The notes beneath the pieces are model-generated. The model was given only the letters and a program-made list of their open reading frames with translations. It was not told where the DNA came from and made no database searches. A program made the position numbers and the translations under genes. From an uncultured Clostridia bacterium (lineage in GTDB: Bacteria > Bacillota > Clostridia > DUPQ01): a stretch of 64,000 nt of DNA. This document shows, one piece after another, positions 37,576 to 45,669 of the stretch (positions are counted from its first letter, which is position 1; the number at the start of each line of letters is the position of its first letter). The DNA is taken from the NCBI GenBank assembly GCA_963766335.1, contig CAVXZA010000002.1, positions 706,254 to 770,253 on the forward strand, in the 5' to 3' direction.

Positions 37576-38790
37576 ATGCAATACAGGACAATGCCGGGTT
37601 CGGATGAAAAACTATCAATATTAGGATATGGCTGCATGAGGTTGCCTACTGCTTTCGGCGGAGTAATTGACAAAGAAAAAGCACTAAAGCAAATCAGGAG
37701 CGCTATTGACAGAGGAGTTAACTATTTAGATACCGCATGGCCGTATCATATGGGTAATTCTGAATCATTCCTAGGGGAACATGTCTTGAAAGACGGGTAT
37801 CGTGAAAAGGTTTTTTTAGCCACAAAACTTCCTTGTATGATGATAAGAAAAAAGGAAGCCATAAGGGAAACTTTTGAAAAGCAGCTTAAGAAACTTCAAA
37901 CTGAATATATAGACTATTATCTTCTGCATAGTTTAGACGGCCCGGCATGGGACAAGATGCTGAACCTTGGAATCATCGAGTTCATGGATGAGGTTAAAGC
38001 TTCGGGTAAAGCAAGGAAAATGGGCTTTTCATTTCATGGCAAAAAATCGGACTTCATGCGCATATGCGATGGATACGATTTCGATTTTGCACAGGTTCAG
38101 TTCAATATATTAGATGAGCAATACCAGGCGGGAATTGAAGGAATTGAGTATGCAGCTAAAAAAGGCATGGGAATCATTGCTATGGAACCTCTTAGAGGCG
38201 GAGCTCTTGTAAGCAAGATGCCGACAGAGGTGAAACAGATATATGCGGGCTCCGGTTTCCAGCGATCTGCTGCCGAATGGGCGTTTCGATGGGTATGGAA
38301 TCATCCCAATATACAGATTGTTTTATCCGGAATGAACGTGGATGAACATATAAATGAAAATATTAGGATTGCTTCAGAAGCCGAAGCCGAAAGCATGAGC
38401 GAAGAGGAACTGGCAGTCATAGGACGCGTAAGGGACACATATAAAGATCTGATGCAGGTTGGTTGCACCCAATGTGCTTACTGCATGCCCTGTCCGGCGG
38501 GAATCAATATTCCTGCAGCATTAGGAAATCTGAACGAGTATCACATGTATTCAAAGAGAAGTGCAAAACTCCATCATGTAATGCATCTGGGATTGGACAG
38601 TAAAGACGGAAAACCCCATTGGACTACCGATTGTATTGACTGCGGGGAATGCGAAAAGAAATGTCCCCAGAATATACCGGTCCGCGAGGTCTTCAAACAG
38701 GTTCAGAATGATCTTGAAGGACCATCAACCAAGATCATAACCTTCCTTGCAGGAATATTCCTTGGAAGACGGAATAAAAAGAAAAAATAA
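37576..38790 (+). CDS. Aldo/keto reductase family oxidoreductase with C-terminal 2x[4Fe-4S] ferredoxin domain (COG1453 type)
   Basis: AKR N-terminus GYGCMRLP...YLDTAWPY; C-terminal CTQCAYCMPCP and CIDCGECEKKCP motifs. Confidence 0.75.
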   Translation: MQYRTMPGSDEKLSILGYGCMRLPTAFGGVIDKEKALKQIRSAIDRGVNYLDTAWPYHMGNSESFLGEHVLKDGYREKVFLATKLPCMMIRKKEAIRETFEKQLKKLQTEYIDYYLLHSLDGPAWDKMLNLGIIEFMDEVKASGKARKMGFSFHGKKSDFMRICDGYDFDFAQVQFNILDEQYQAGIEGIEYAAKKGMGIIAMEPLRGGALVSKMPTEVKQIYAGSGFQRSAAEWAFRWVWNHPNIQIVLSGMNVDEHINENIRIASEAEAESMSEEELAVIGRVRDTYKDLMQVGCTQCAYCMPCPAGINIPAALGNLNEYHMYSKRSAKLHHVMHLGLDSKDGKPHWTTDCIDCGECEKKCPQNIPVREVFKQVQNDLEGPSTKIITFLAGIFLGRRNKKKK

Positions 38791-38818
38791 CCCACATATT
38801 ACCTATCCTTATAAGAAG

Positions 38819-38843
38819 ACCTCCTGGCAACAGGAGGTTTTTT
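38819..38843 (+). terminator. Rho-independent terminator (ACCTCCTG-gcaa-CAGGAGGT + T6)
   Basis: hairpin + T-run after AKR stop, immediately followed by REP doublet E. Confidence 0.8.
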
Positions 38844-38915
38844 ACTGCACATTTGTCCCTAGGGACAAACGTGCACTTTTTTAACATTTGTCCCTAGGGA
38901 CAAATGTGCAAAAAC
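38844..38915. repeat. REP-like repeats, doublet E. E1 is GCACATTTGTCCCTAGGGACAAACGTGC, identical to B1; E2 is AACATTTGTCCCTAGGGACAAATGTGC.
   Basis: read directly. Confidence 0.85.
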
Positions 38916-38954
38916 CGATTATTCTCATGGGTAATTGTGGTTTATAATATACTT

Positions 38955-40436
38955 ATGAAAAAGAAACCTCATATTATTATTTTTAACCCAGATCAATTCA
39001 GAGCCGATGCCCTGCATCATATGGGGTGCGAGGCGGCTGTTACGCCGAATATGGACAAGACAGCTGCAGAAGACGGGATTTCATTCAGAAATGCTTTCTG
39101 TCAGAATCCAGTCTGCACTCCGAGCAGATGTTCTTTCATGACTGGCTGGTACACCCATATCCACGGCCATCGCACCATGTACTATATGCTAAGAAAAAAT
39201 GAGCCGGTTTTACTAAAAATTCTAAAGGACAACGGTTATTATGTCTGGTGGGGCGGTAAGAACGACCTTATTCCCGGACAGTATGATGAATTGGAATACT
39301 GCTCACACTATAACAGAACCAAAAGAAATACCAATAAAAACCTACATCAGACTGCAGCCGACTGGCGAGGTCCTAAGGGCGGTGACAATTATTTTTCTTT
39401 CTACGCGGGAAAACTAGAATCTAATGAAGATGGTACATATATCGATGAGGATTGGGCTAATGTCCTGGATGCAATAGATTTCATTAGAAGTTATGACGGC
39501 GAACGACCGCTGTGCGTTTACCTGCCTCTTTCTTATCCCCATCCGCCATATGGTGTTGAAGAACCGTTTTACAGCATGATTGACCGATACAAGGTGGATC
39601 CTCCGAAGAAGGCATATGACAATTGGGACGACAAACCGTCAATGCTAAAGGGCATATATAGGGAACAATACATGCGGAACTGGGATGAACAACGCCTGGT
39701 AGAGTTGAAAGCAACTTATCTGGCGATGTGCGCCAGGGTTGATAAGCAGTACGGCATGCTGCTTGACGCATTGAAAAATAAAGGAATTTATGACGACAGC
39801 GCTGTTTTCACATTCAGCGATCATGGTGATTTCACCGGCGATTACGGACTTGTCGAAAAGACTGAAAATACATTCCAGGATGACCTTACCAATGTACCGC
39901 TTATATTTAAGCCGCCGAAATGTATAGATACAAAATCCCGGATAACTGATGCAATGGCTGAGCTTATCGATTTCACTGCAACCGTATTCGAACTCACGGG
40001 AATTGAACCGGGATATACACACTTTGGAAAATCTCTTGTCCCTTTAGCTGAAGGGAAAATCGATGAACTCCGTGATGCAGTCTTTTGCGAAGGCGGTCGA
40101 ATGCCATATGAAAAACACTGTGACGGACATCAGTCAACCAGCGCCGGAACAGATTTTTTGTATTCGCCGAGGATAAACCTGCAGATAGGCGACGGACCGG
40201 AACATTCAAAGGCGGTCATGGTCCGCACACATGATTATAAATATGTATACAGAGTCGGTGAAAAACACGAATTGTATGATTTAAAAACAGACCCGGATGA
40301 ATTTACAAATTTAATTGATGACAAGGCATATGCAGACATTCTGGCAGGCTTGAAAAACCGAATGCTGCAGTTTTTTGTAGAAACAGGCGATGTGGTGCCT
40401 TTTGATGGAGACAAACGGTGGTTTAATGAGACCTGA
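38955..40436 (+). CDS. Sulfatase (Cys-type formylglycine motif C-T-P-S-R)
   Basis: N-terminal sulfatase signature NAFCQNPVCTPSRCSFMTGWY; start at MKKKPHIIIF ATG (ORF extends to 38904). Confidence 0.75.
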   Translation: MKKKPHIIIFNPDQFRADALHHMGCEAAVTPNMDKTAAEDGISFRNAFCQNPVCTPSRCSFMTGWYTHIHGHRTMYYMLRKNEPVLLKILKDNGYYVWWGGKNDLIPGQYDELEYCSHYNRTKRNTNKNLHQTAADWRGPKGGDNYFSFYAGKLESNEDGTYIDEDWANVLDAIDFIRSYDGERPLCVYLPLSYPHPPYGVEEPFYSMIDRYKVDPPKKAYDNWDDKPSMLKGIYREQYMRNWDEQRLVELKATYLAMCARVDKQYGMLLDALKNKGIYDDSAVFTFSDHGDFTGDYGLVEKTENTFQDDLTNVPLIFKPPKCIDTKSRITDAMAELIDFTATVFELTGIEPGYTHFGKSLVPLAEGKIDELRDAVFCEGGRMPYEKHCDGHQSTSAGTDFLYSPRINLQIGDGPEHSKAVMVRTHDYKYVYRVGEKHELYDLKTDPDEFTNLIDDKAYADILAGLKNRMLQFFVETGDVVPFDGDKRWFNET

Positions 40437-42162
40437 AACGATGAAAAGGCCGAATATAGTTTTTGTATTAACAGACGACCAGGGCTACGGCGACCTGGGA
40501 TGCCACGGTAATCCTATTATTCAAACGCCTAATCTGGATCAGTTCCATAACGAAAGCATAAGGTTTACCAATTACCATGTAGGTCCCACATGCGCACCTA
40601 CCAGGGCTGGGCTGATGACAGGCCATTATGCTAACAGCACCGGGGTGTGGCATACATTCGGCGGCCGTTCTTTACTAAGGCGTAATGAATGGACGCTTGC
40701 ATCGGCGCTTAGTGAAAACGGCTACAGGACAGGTATCTTCGGCAAATGGCATCTTGGCGATAATTACCCATACCGGCCGTTCGACAGAGGATTTGATGTA
40801 TCAATAACCCATGGCGGAGGAGGCATCAGCCAGACTCCGGACTACTGGGGTAATGATTATTTCAGTGATAAATACTCAGTCAACGGCAAATTAAAGCAAT
40901 TCGACGGATATTGCACGGATGTATTTTTTGATGAGGGAATGAAATTCATTGAAGAAAACAGAAACAATTCATTCTTCTGCTATATTGCATTGAACGCACC
41001 CCATGTGCCGCTCAATATCGCGCCGGAATATTATGAAATATATAAAGGCAAAACCGATTTTAAAAAGGCTCGTTTCTACGGAATGATAACCAACATAGAC
41101 GAAAACTTCGGCATACTTAGAAAAAAACTGAAGGAACTGGAGCTCGAAGATAATACAGTACTTATTTTCATGACAGACAACGGCTCGGATTCCGGTGTTG
41201 AGATTGATGAAAACTGCTTTGTAACAAGCGGATATAACGCAGGTCTGCGCGGCAAGAAACTTTCAGAATACGACGGCGGACACAGGGTACCGTTTTTCAT
41301 CAACTGGCCCCGTGGAATAAGGGAAATAAATGAACTTACGGCAAATGTGGATTTCATGCCTACAATACTGGATATCTGCGGCATTGAAAAACGCGGGAAC
41401 ATTGAGTTTCACGGGAAAAGCCTAGTGCCATTGCTTAGGGGCGAAGGCGGATGGGAAGAACGGGTTTTGGTTACGGATAATCAAAGGCATCCGACTCCCA
41501 TCAAGTGGAACAAAAGTGCGGTCATGACCCAAAAGTGGAGGCTAATCAACGGATGCGAACTATATGATATGGATACAGACCGGGAGCAGCGCAACGATCT
41601 TTCAGCCAAGTATCCAGAGGTTATTGAAAATCTTTGCAAAGAATATGAAAAATGGTGGGAGATTGTATCAAAGCAGTATGATGAAATGATTCCCATACCA
41701 ATTGGTAAAAACCCCGTTACATTGCTCAGTCAAGACATGCGGAACCAGGAATGTATTGCAGCACACAGCCAGCATCAGGTAAGGTTGGGATTGAAAGCCC
41801 TTGGTTACTGGGAAGTGGAAATTGAAGAAGAGGGAGAATATGAATTTGAAATACGTAGATGGCCGGCTTCCCATGAAAGACCCATTTCGGCGGGAATAGA
41901 CGGTGATGATATTGAATTTTACAGGGAAGGTGTAAGCGAAAGTGATTGGTACAGGTATACCGGAGGTGTTGCACTTCCCATAAAACAAGCATCAATAAAA
42001 ATCCAAGACACAAAAATGTCATCGGGAATATCCCCTGATTCAATGGCTGCTTCTTTTATAATAAGTTTAAAATCCGAAGAATGTAAGCTTTATGCAAGTT
42101 TCGGTAACGACAATACGCATGAACTCCTCGCTCCTTACTTTATATATGTGAGAAAAAAATGA
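40426..42162 (+). CDS. Arylsulfatase-family sulfatase (Cys-type motif C-A-P-T-R)
   Basis: PNIVFVLTDDQGYGDLGCHGN ... VGPTCAPTRAGLMTGHY; start uncertain (40426 or 40441). Confidence 0.75.
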   Translation: MRPETMKRPNIVFVLTDDQGYGDLGCHGNPIIQTPNLDQFHNESIRFTNYHVGPTCAPTRAGLMTGHYANSTGVWHTFGGRSLLRRNEWTLASALSENGYRTGIFGKWHLGDNYPYRPFDRGFDVSITHGGGGISQTPDYWGNDYFSDKYSVNGKLKQFDGYCTDVFFDEGMKFIEENRNNSFFCYIALNAPHVPLNIAPEYYEIYKGKTDFKKARFYGMITNIDENFGILRKKLKELELEDNTVLIFMTDNGSDSGVEIDENCFVTSGYNAGLRGKKLSEYDGGHRVPFFINWPRGIREINELTANVDFMPTILDICGIEKRGNIEFHGKSLVPLLRGEGGWEERVLVTDNQRHPTPIKWNKSAVMTQKWRLINGCELYDMDTDREQRNDLSAKYPEVIENLCKEYEKWWEIVSKQYDEMIPIPIGKNPVTLLSQDMRNQECIAAHSQHQVRLGLKALGYWEVEIEEEGEYEFEIRRWPASHERPISAGIDGDDIEFYREGVSESDWYRYTGGVALPIKQASIKIQDTKMSSGISPDSMAASFIISLKSEECKLYASFGNDNTHELLAPYFIYVRKK

Positions 42163-42995
42163 AAAATATTCTTATAACCGGAACCAGCGGTGCGCTGGGC
42201 AAAAATTTAAGAGAGTACTTTCTGGACCAGGGCTATAAAGTGATTGGCACCGTTGGCAAAAGTAAACCGCGGGAAGGAGAGATTCCAATAAACCTTGGCG
42301 ATTGGGATAGTTATACAGCGCTGCGTGAAGTGGTTAAGAATAAAAATATTGATGCAATAATACATAACGCGGCGGCTCTTCACGGCAAGGCAGGTATAAG
42401 GAAAACCTATAGGGCCAATGTTGTCGGCACGGAAAATATGCTGCGTCTGGCTTATGAGTGCAGCTGCGTTAATTTCATCCAGATAAGTACAGTAGGTATC
42501 TATGGTATCCGGTCGCTTGGGAAAAACCGAACTGAAGAAACTCACCCGATTGACATAGAACCTTACGGAATAACTAAGAAAATAGCTGAAAAAAGAATTT
42601 TATCATCAGAAACACCGTACACGCTTCTCCGTCTGCCTTTGGTTAAATACAGCGGTGGCTACCTTATTGAAAAGCCTATAAAAAAGGGCATATCTGTTTT
42701 TATAAAAAAACGCGAACTGAACATTGTTTCATCAGTCATTCCTGAGTTTGTCGCTAAAACATGCGAATGGATAGTAGAAAATGGCCCGCTAAACGACATT
42801 TTTAACTGTGCCAGCCATCACCAGACCTGGCGCGAGATGGTCATGGACCACTGTAGGCATGAAGGCATAGAAATTATAAACACAAAAAGGGTTTCAATAT
42901 TAGGCGCATTTTCAATGGGTATTGTAATCGGTCCAATCGCCGCATTCGGACAGCATACACCCTCAGACAAGATGGAAGCCATAATAAATCATTAA
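42159..42995 (+). CDS. NAD-dependent epimerase/dehydratase (SDR) family protein
   Basis: N-terminal Rossmann motif ILITGTSGALG; 278 aa. Confidence 0.65.
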   Translation: MKNILITGTSGALGKNLREYFLDQGYKVIGTVGKSKPREGEIPINLGDWDSYTALREVVKNKNIDAIIHNAAALHGKAGIRKTYRANVVGTENMLRLAYECSCVNFIQISTVGIYGIRSLGKNRTEETHPIDIEPYGITKKIAEKRILSSETPYTLLRLPLVKYSGGYLIEKPIKKGISVFIKKRELNIVSSVIPEFVAKTCEWIVENGPLNDIFNCASHHQTWREMVMDHCRHEGIEIINTKRVSILGAFSMGIVIGPIAAFGQHTPSDKMEAIINH

Positions 42996-42997
42996 AA

Positions 42998-43103
42998 TTT
43001 TTCATTTGTCCCTAGGGATAAACATTCACTTTTTTAACATTTGTCCCTAGGGACAAATATGCACTTTTTTAACATTTATCCCTAGGGACAAATGTTCATT
43101 GAG
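42998..43103. repeat. REP-like repeats, tandem triplet F (three ~35-bp units, head-to-tail)
   Basis: TCATTTGTCCCTAGGGATAAACATTCACTTTTTT / AACATTTGTCCCTAGGGACAAATATGCACTTTTTT / AACATTTATCCCTAGGGACAAATGTTCATT. Confidence 0.85.
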
Positions 43104-43142
43104 ATAATTTAGGGTTATAATTACACATAGGGGGAGGACTCA

Positions 43143-44519
43143 ATGAAATTTTTTGTCGGCAGTAAAAAAATCACACCGGAGTTTCCGGTGCTTCAATGTG
43201 GATTCGCAGCAAGAAATAAAAAGAGCGAGGGTGTGCATGATGACACTTTTGCCAGTATTGTTATACTACAGGAAAACGAAACAGTCATAATGATAACGCT
43301 GGATGTTGTATACGGAGACAAAAGTTTTGCATATGGCATTAAGAGTGCCATTGAAGAAAAACATGGAATATTACCTAAAAACATTATCATTAGCTACACC
43401 CATACACATTCTTCGGTAGCCTTGACCGGTGAGGATAAGATAAAACGAAACCGCCGTCCGTATAGCCTTGCCGCGGACAGGTTCTTTTTCTATGGTGAAT
43501 GGAAGAATATAGATGATACACAAGACGTAGAGTATTACAGATTCATAAAATCCAAAATAATGAACCTTATGGATGAAGGAATGTCAAATCTTGAAGAAGG
43601 CAGCCTTTATATAAACAAAAGCAAATCCCATTTTGGAATAAGCCGCCGCTTGCCTGTGGACGGTAGGATCGAATTTCGCCCGTATGACAATGATGATGCA
43701 ATGGACACCGACTTATTACTGCTTAAACTGACGGATATAAATGGTATTGTAAAAGGAATTCTGTATAATTATGCATGCCATCCGACCAGCGTAGGCAGTG
43801 ATAATTACCTTATTTCAGCAGATTTCCCGGGCGAGGTGCGGAGCCGGCTAAAAGAGAATTTTCCTAACGCTGAGGTTGTTTTCCTGCAGGGATGCGGAGC
43901 AGACATCAAGCCGCGCTTTGGTGCGGTCGACGGGTACTTCAAATCCGCGGATTTCAGCAGGCTTAGAGAAGGCTGTAAACCCTTTATAGATGAAATAACC
44001 GAATTAATCGAAAACGGCAAATGGCGCAAAATTGATTTGGATATAAACGTAGCGGAGAAAAAATTCAACTTATACACTACCTCAAAGGACAGGGATTTTT
44101 TTGAGGCTAAATATAACAACCCGGAAGAAGCTGAGTATATCCGCGAATCTGCCCGGGCGGCTATGGAAAACATCGACAATAAAAGAACTGTTGACATCCT
44201 GCAATACTATATAAATGCAATCCGCATGGATGACAAAACCTATATCCTCGCGTTTGAAAACGAGGTTGTCAGCAATATCGGTAAACTTATAAAAAAAATC
44301 TCGGACGAAGACCTTATAATACTTGGATATGCCAATAGTGTTTGCTGTTACATCCCGACCGAAGATGTAATCAAAACCGGTGGGTACGAAGCGGATAACT
44401 ACATGATTGCACGTCTTGCAGGCCCCTTCGTACCTGAAATAGAAAGTATCATTATGGGCGAAGCCAATAAAATCCTGATATCAGTAAGGGGGACAGATGA
44501 ACAAACTAGCCGATTTTAA
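43143..44519 (+). CDS. Neutral/alkaline ceramidase-like hydrolase (PF04734-like N-terminal domain)
   Basis: N-terminal KITPEFPV.QCGFAARNKKSEGVHDDTFASIVIL ... ITLDV and YTHTHSS blocks resemble ceramidase N-domain; no signal peptide seen. Confidence 0.45.
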   Translation: MKFFVGSKKITPEFPVLQCGFAARNKKSEGVHDDTFASIVILQENETVIMITLDVVYGDKSFAYGIKSAIEEKHGILPKNIIISYTHTHSSVALTGEDKIKRNRRPYSLAADRFFFYGEWKNIDDTQDVEYYRFIKSKIMNLMDEGMSNLEEGSLYINKSKSHFGISRRLPVDGRIEFRPYDNDDAMDTDLLLLKLTDINGIVKGILYNYACHPTSVGSDNYLISADFPGEVRSRLKENFPNAEVVFLQGCGADIKPRFGAVDGYFKSADFSRLREGCKPFIDEITELIENGKWRKIDLDINVAEKKFNLYTTSKDRDFFEAKYNNPEEAEYIRESARAAMENIDNKRTVDILQYYINAIRMDDKTYILAFENEVVSNIGKLIKKISDEDLIILGYANSVCCYIPTEDVIKTGGYEADNYMIARLAGPFVPEIESIIMGEANKILISVRGTDEQTSRF

Positions 44520-44523
44520 AGAT

Positions 44524-45063
44524 TTATTCATGAACATGCCTGTCTTCCTTAAGGGCTTTCAGCTTCCCAATATTTTGAAACAGCGCTTTAACTAATAATA
44601 TAGTAAAAACAAAAGCGCCGATTGAAACACTGATATTGGCCGGGAGCCCTTTGGTAATACCGATTATCAAGCTCGCAATCACTATAATAAGATTGAAAAA
44701 CAGTATTGTAAGAACATAGGAGACATTCCTCTTATAGTGTCTTATTTTCGCATCAATATCTGAATACAGGTCAAAGGGACCGTCTGCCGCCTTTTTCCTG
44801 AAATACGCCCATTTGCCACTGGTTGAAACACACTCCACTCCAGTCTCCTCAAGGAATTTTATATATTGGCGGCTTACCGGATGGCTGGGGCTGTTTTCCA
44901 GCATTTCAATTCTATAGATATATTCATTGGGAGTGCCTTCTGAAAACGTATAACGCATAATAAAGTTATCAATGAAATTAAATCCTTTTTGCGCCATTTC
45001 ATTAAGCCACTCTTCTTCCTTTTCCATATCTGCAAATATAATCTTGTAAACTTTGGTAATCAT
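44524..45063 (-). CDS. DUF2812 family membrane protein (typical partner of PadR regulators)
   Basis: 179 aa, soluble N-domain + 2 C-terminal TM; immediately downstream of padR-like gene. Confidence 0.55.
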   Translation of the reverse strand: MITKVYKIIFADMEKEEEWLNEMAQKGFNFIDNFIMRYTFSEGTPNEYIYRIEMLENSPSHPVSRQYIKFLEETGVECVSTSGKWAYFRKKAADGPFDLYSDIDAKIRHYKRNVSYVLTILFFNLIIVIASLIIGITKGLPANISVSIGAFVFTILLVKALFQNIGKLKALKEDRHVHE

Positions 45064-45104
45064 AGGTTTCTACTCCTTTAAATTCAATATTTGAGAATAA
45101 TACA

Positions 45105-45446
45105 TTACAAAAGATCTTCTTTATATGTATCGCCTCTGGTAATACGCTCACCATGAACTATAAGCTCTTTCAGCCTTACTATTTCACTATCGACAATATC
45201 CCTTCCCTTATCGGTTATCGCATAAAGTTTCCGGCTGTCATTCTGGATTTCCTCGATACTAATCCATTCATTTTTTAAGAGTGTATTTATCGCGCCGTAT
45301 AAAGTGCCCGAACCAAGTATCACCCTGTTGCTTGTAATGGTTCTTGCGAACTTTATTATCCCGTATCCATGGGTAGGTTCAAAGAGTGCCAGCAATATAT
45401 AAAATACAGCTTCTGTTAGCGCTCCTTTGTCAGTATTCTTTGTCAT
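45105..45446 (-). CDS. PadR family transcriptional regulator
   Basis: winged-HTH block ILLALFEPTHGYGIIKF...GTLYGAINTLLKNEWI; AGGAGG SD 7 nt upstream of ATG. Confidence 0.8.
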   Translation of the reverse strand: MTKNTDKGALTEAVFYILLALFEPTHGYGIIKFARTITSNRVILGSGTLYGAINTLLKNEWISIEEIQNDSRKLYAITDKGRDIVDSEIVRLKELIVHGERITRGDTYKEDLL

Positions 45447-45518
45447 TCCCACACCTCCTTGTTCACTATTGCTATGTCGCTGTCAGATACGTCTAAAACT
45501 GATATGTCTAAAATGGAT

Positions 45519-45535
45519 ATGTCGTCTGACGACAT
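45519..45535. promoter_or_regulatory. Candidate PadR operator: perfect 17-bp palindrome ATGTCGTCTGACGACAT (ATGT-N9-ACAT) ~70 bp upstream of padR
   Basis: matches the ATGT-N8-10-ACAT PadR operator pattern; additional ATGTC half-sites at 45473-45515. Confidence 0.45.
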
Positions 45536-45669
45536 AATTATAGCGAGGCGGACAGCATATGTCAACACCTTTTTTAAAAAAATTTCAAAACTCCTTAATA
45601 AGTTTGTAACTTTCGTGTTCAAACTGGTATTGTAATATAGAGGTTGACTATAATTAATTGGGGTTACGC

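Noticed and set aside
38955-42162. Anaerobic sulfatase-maturating enzyme gene adjacent to the sulfatases
   Set aside because: None of the neighbouring ORFs has the radical-SAM CxxxCxxC motif. The Fe-S AKR upstream has ferredoxin-type CxxCxxCxxxCP clusters instead.
42998-43103. Tandem 35-bp repeats considered as a small CRISPR array
   Set aside because: The units are contiguous with no unique spacers, and each unit is itself palindromic. The same unit is dispersed singly and in doublets at five other loci. No cas genes are present. This is a REP-type array, not CRISPR.
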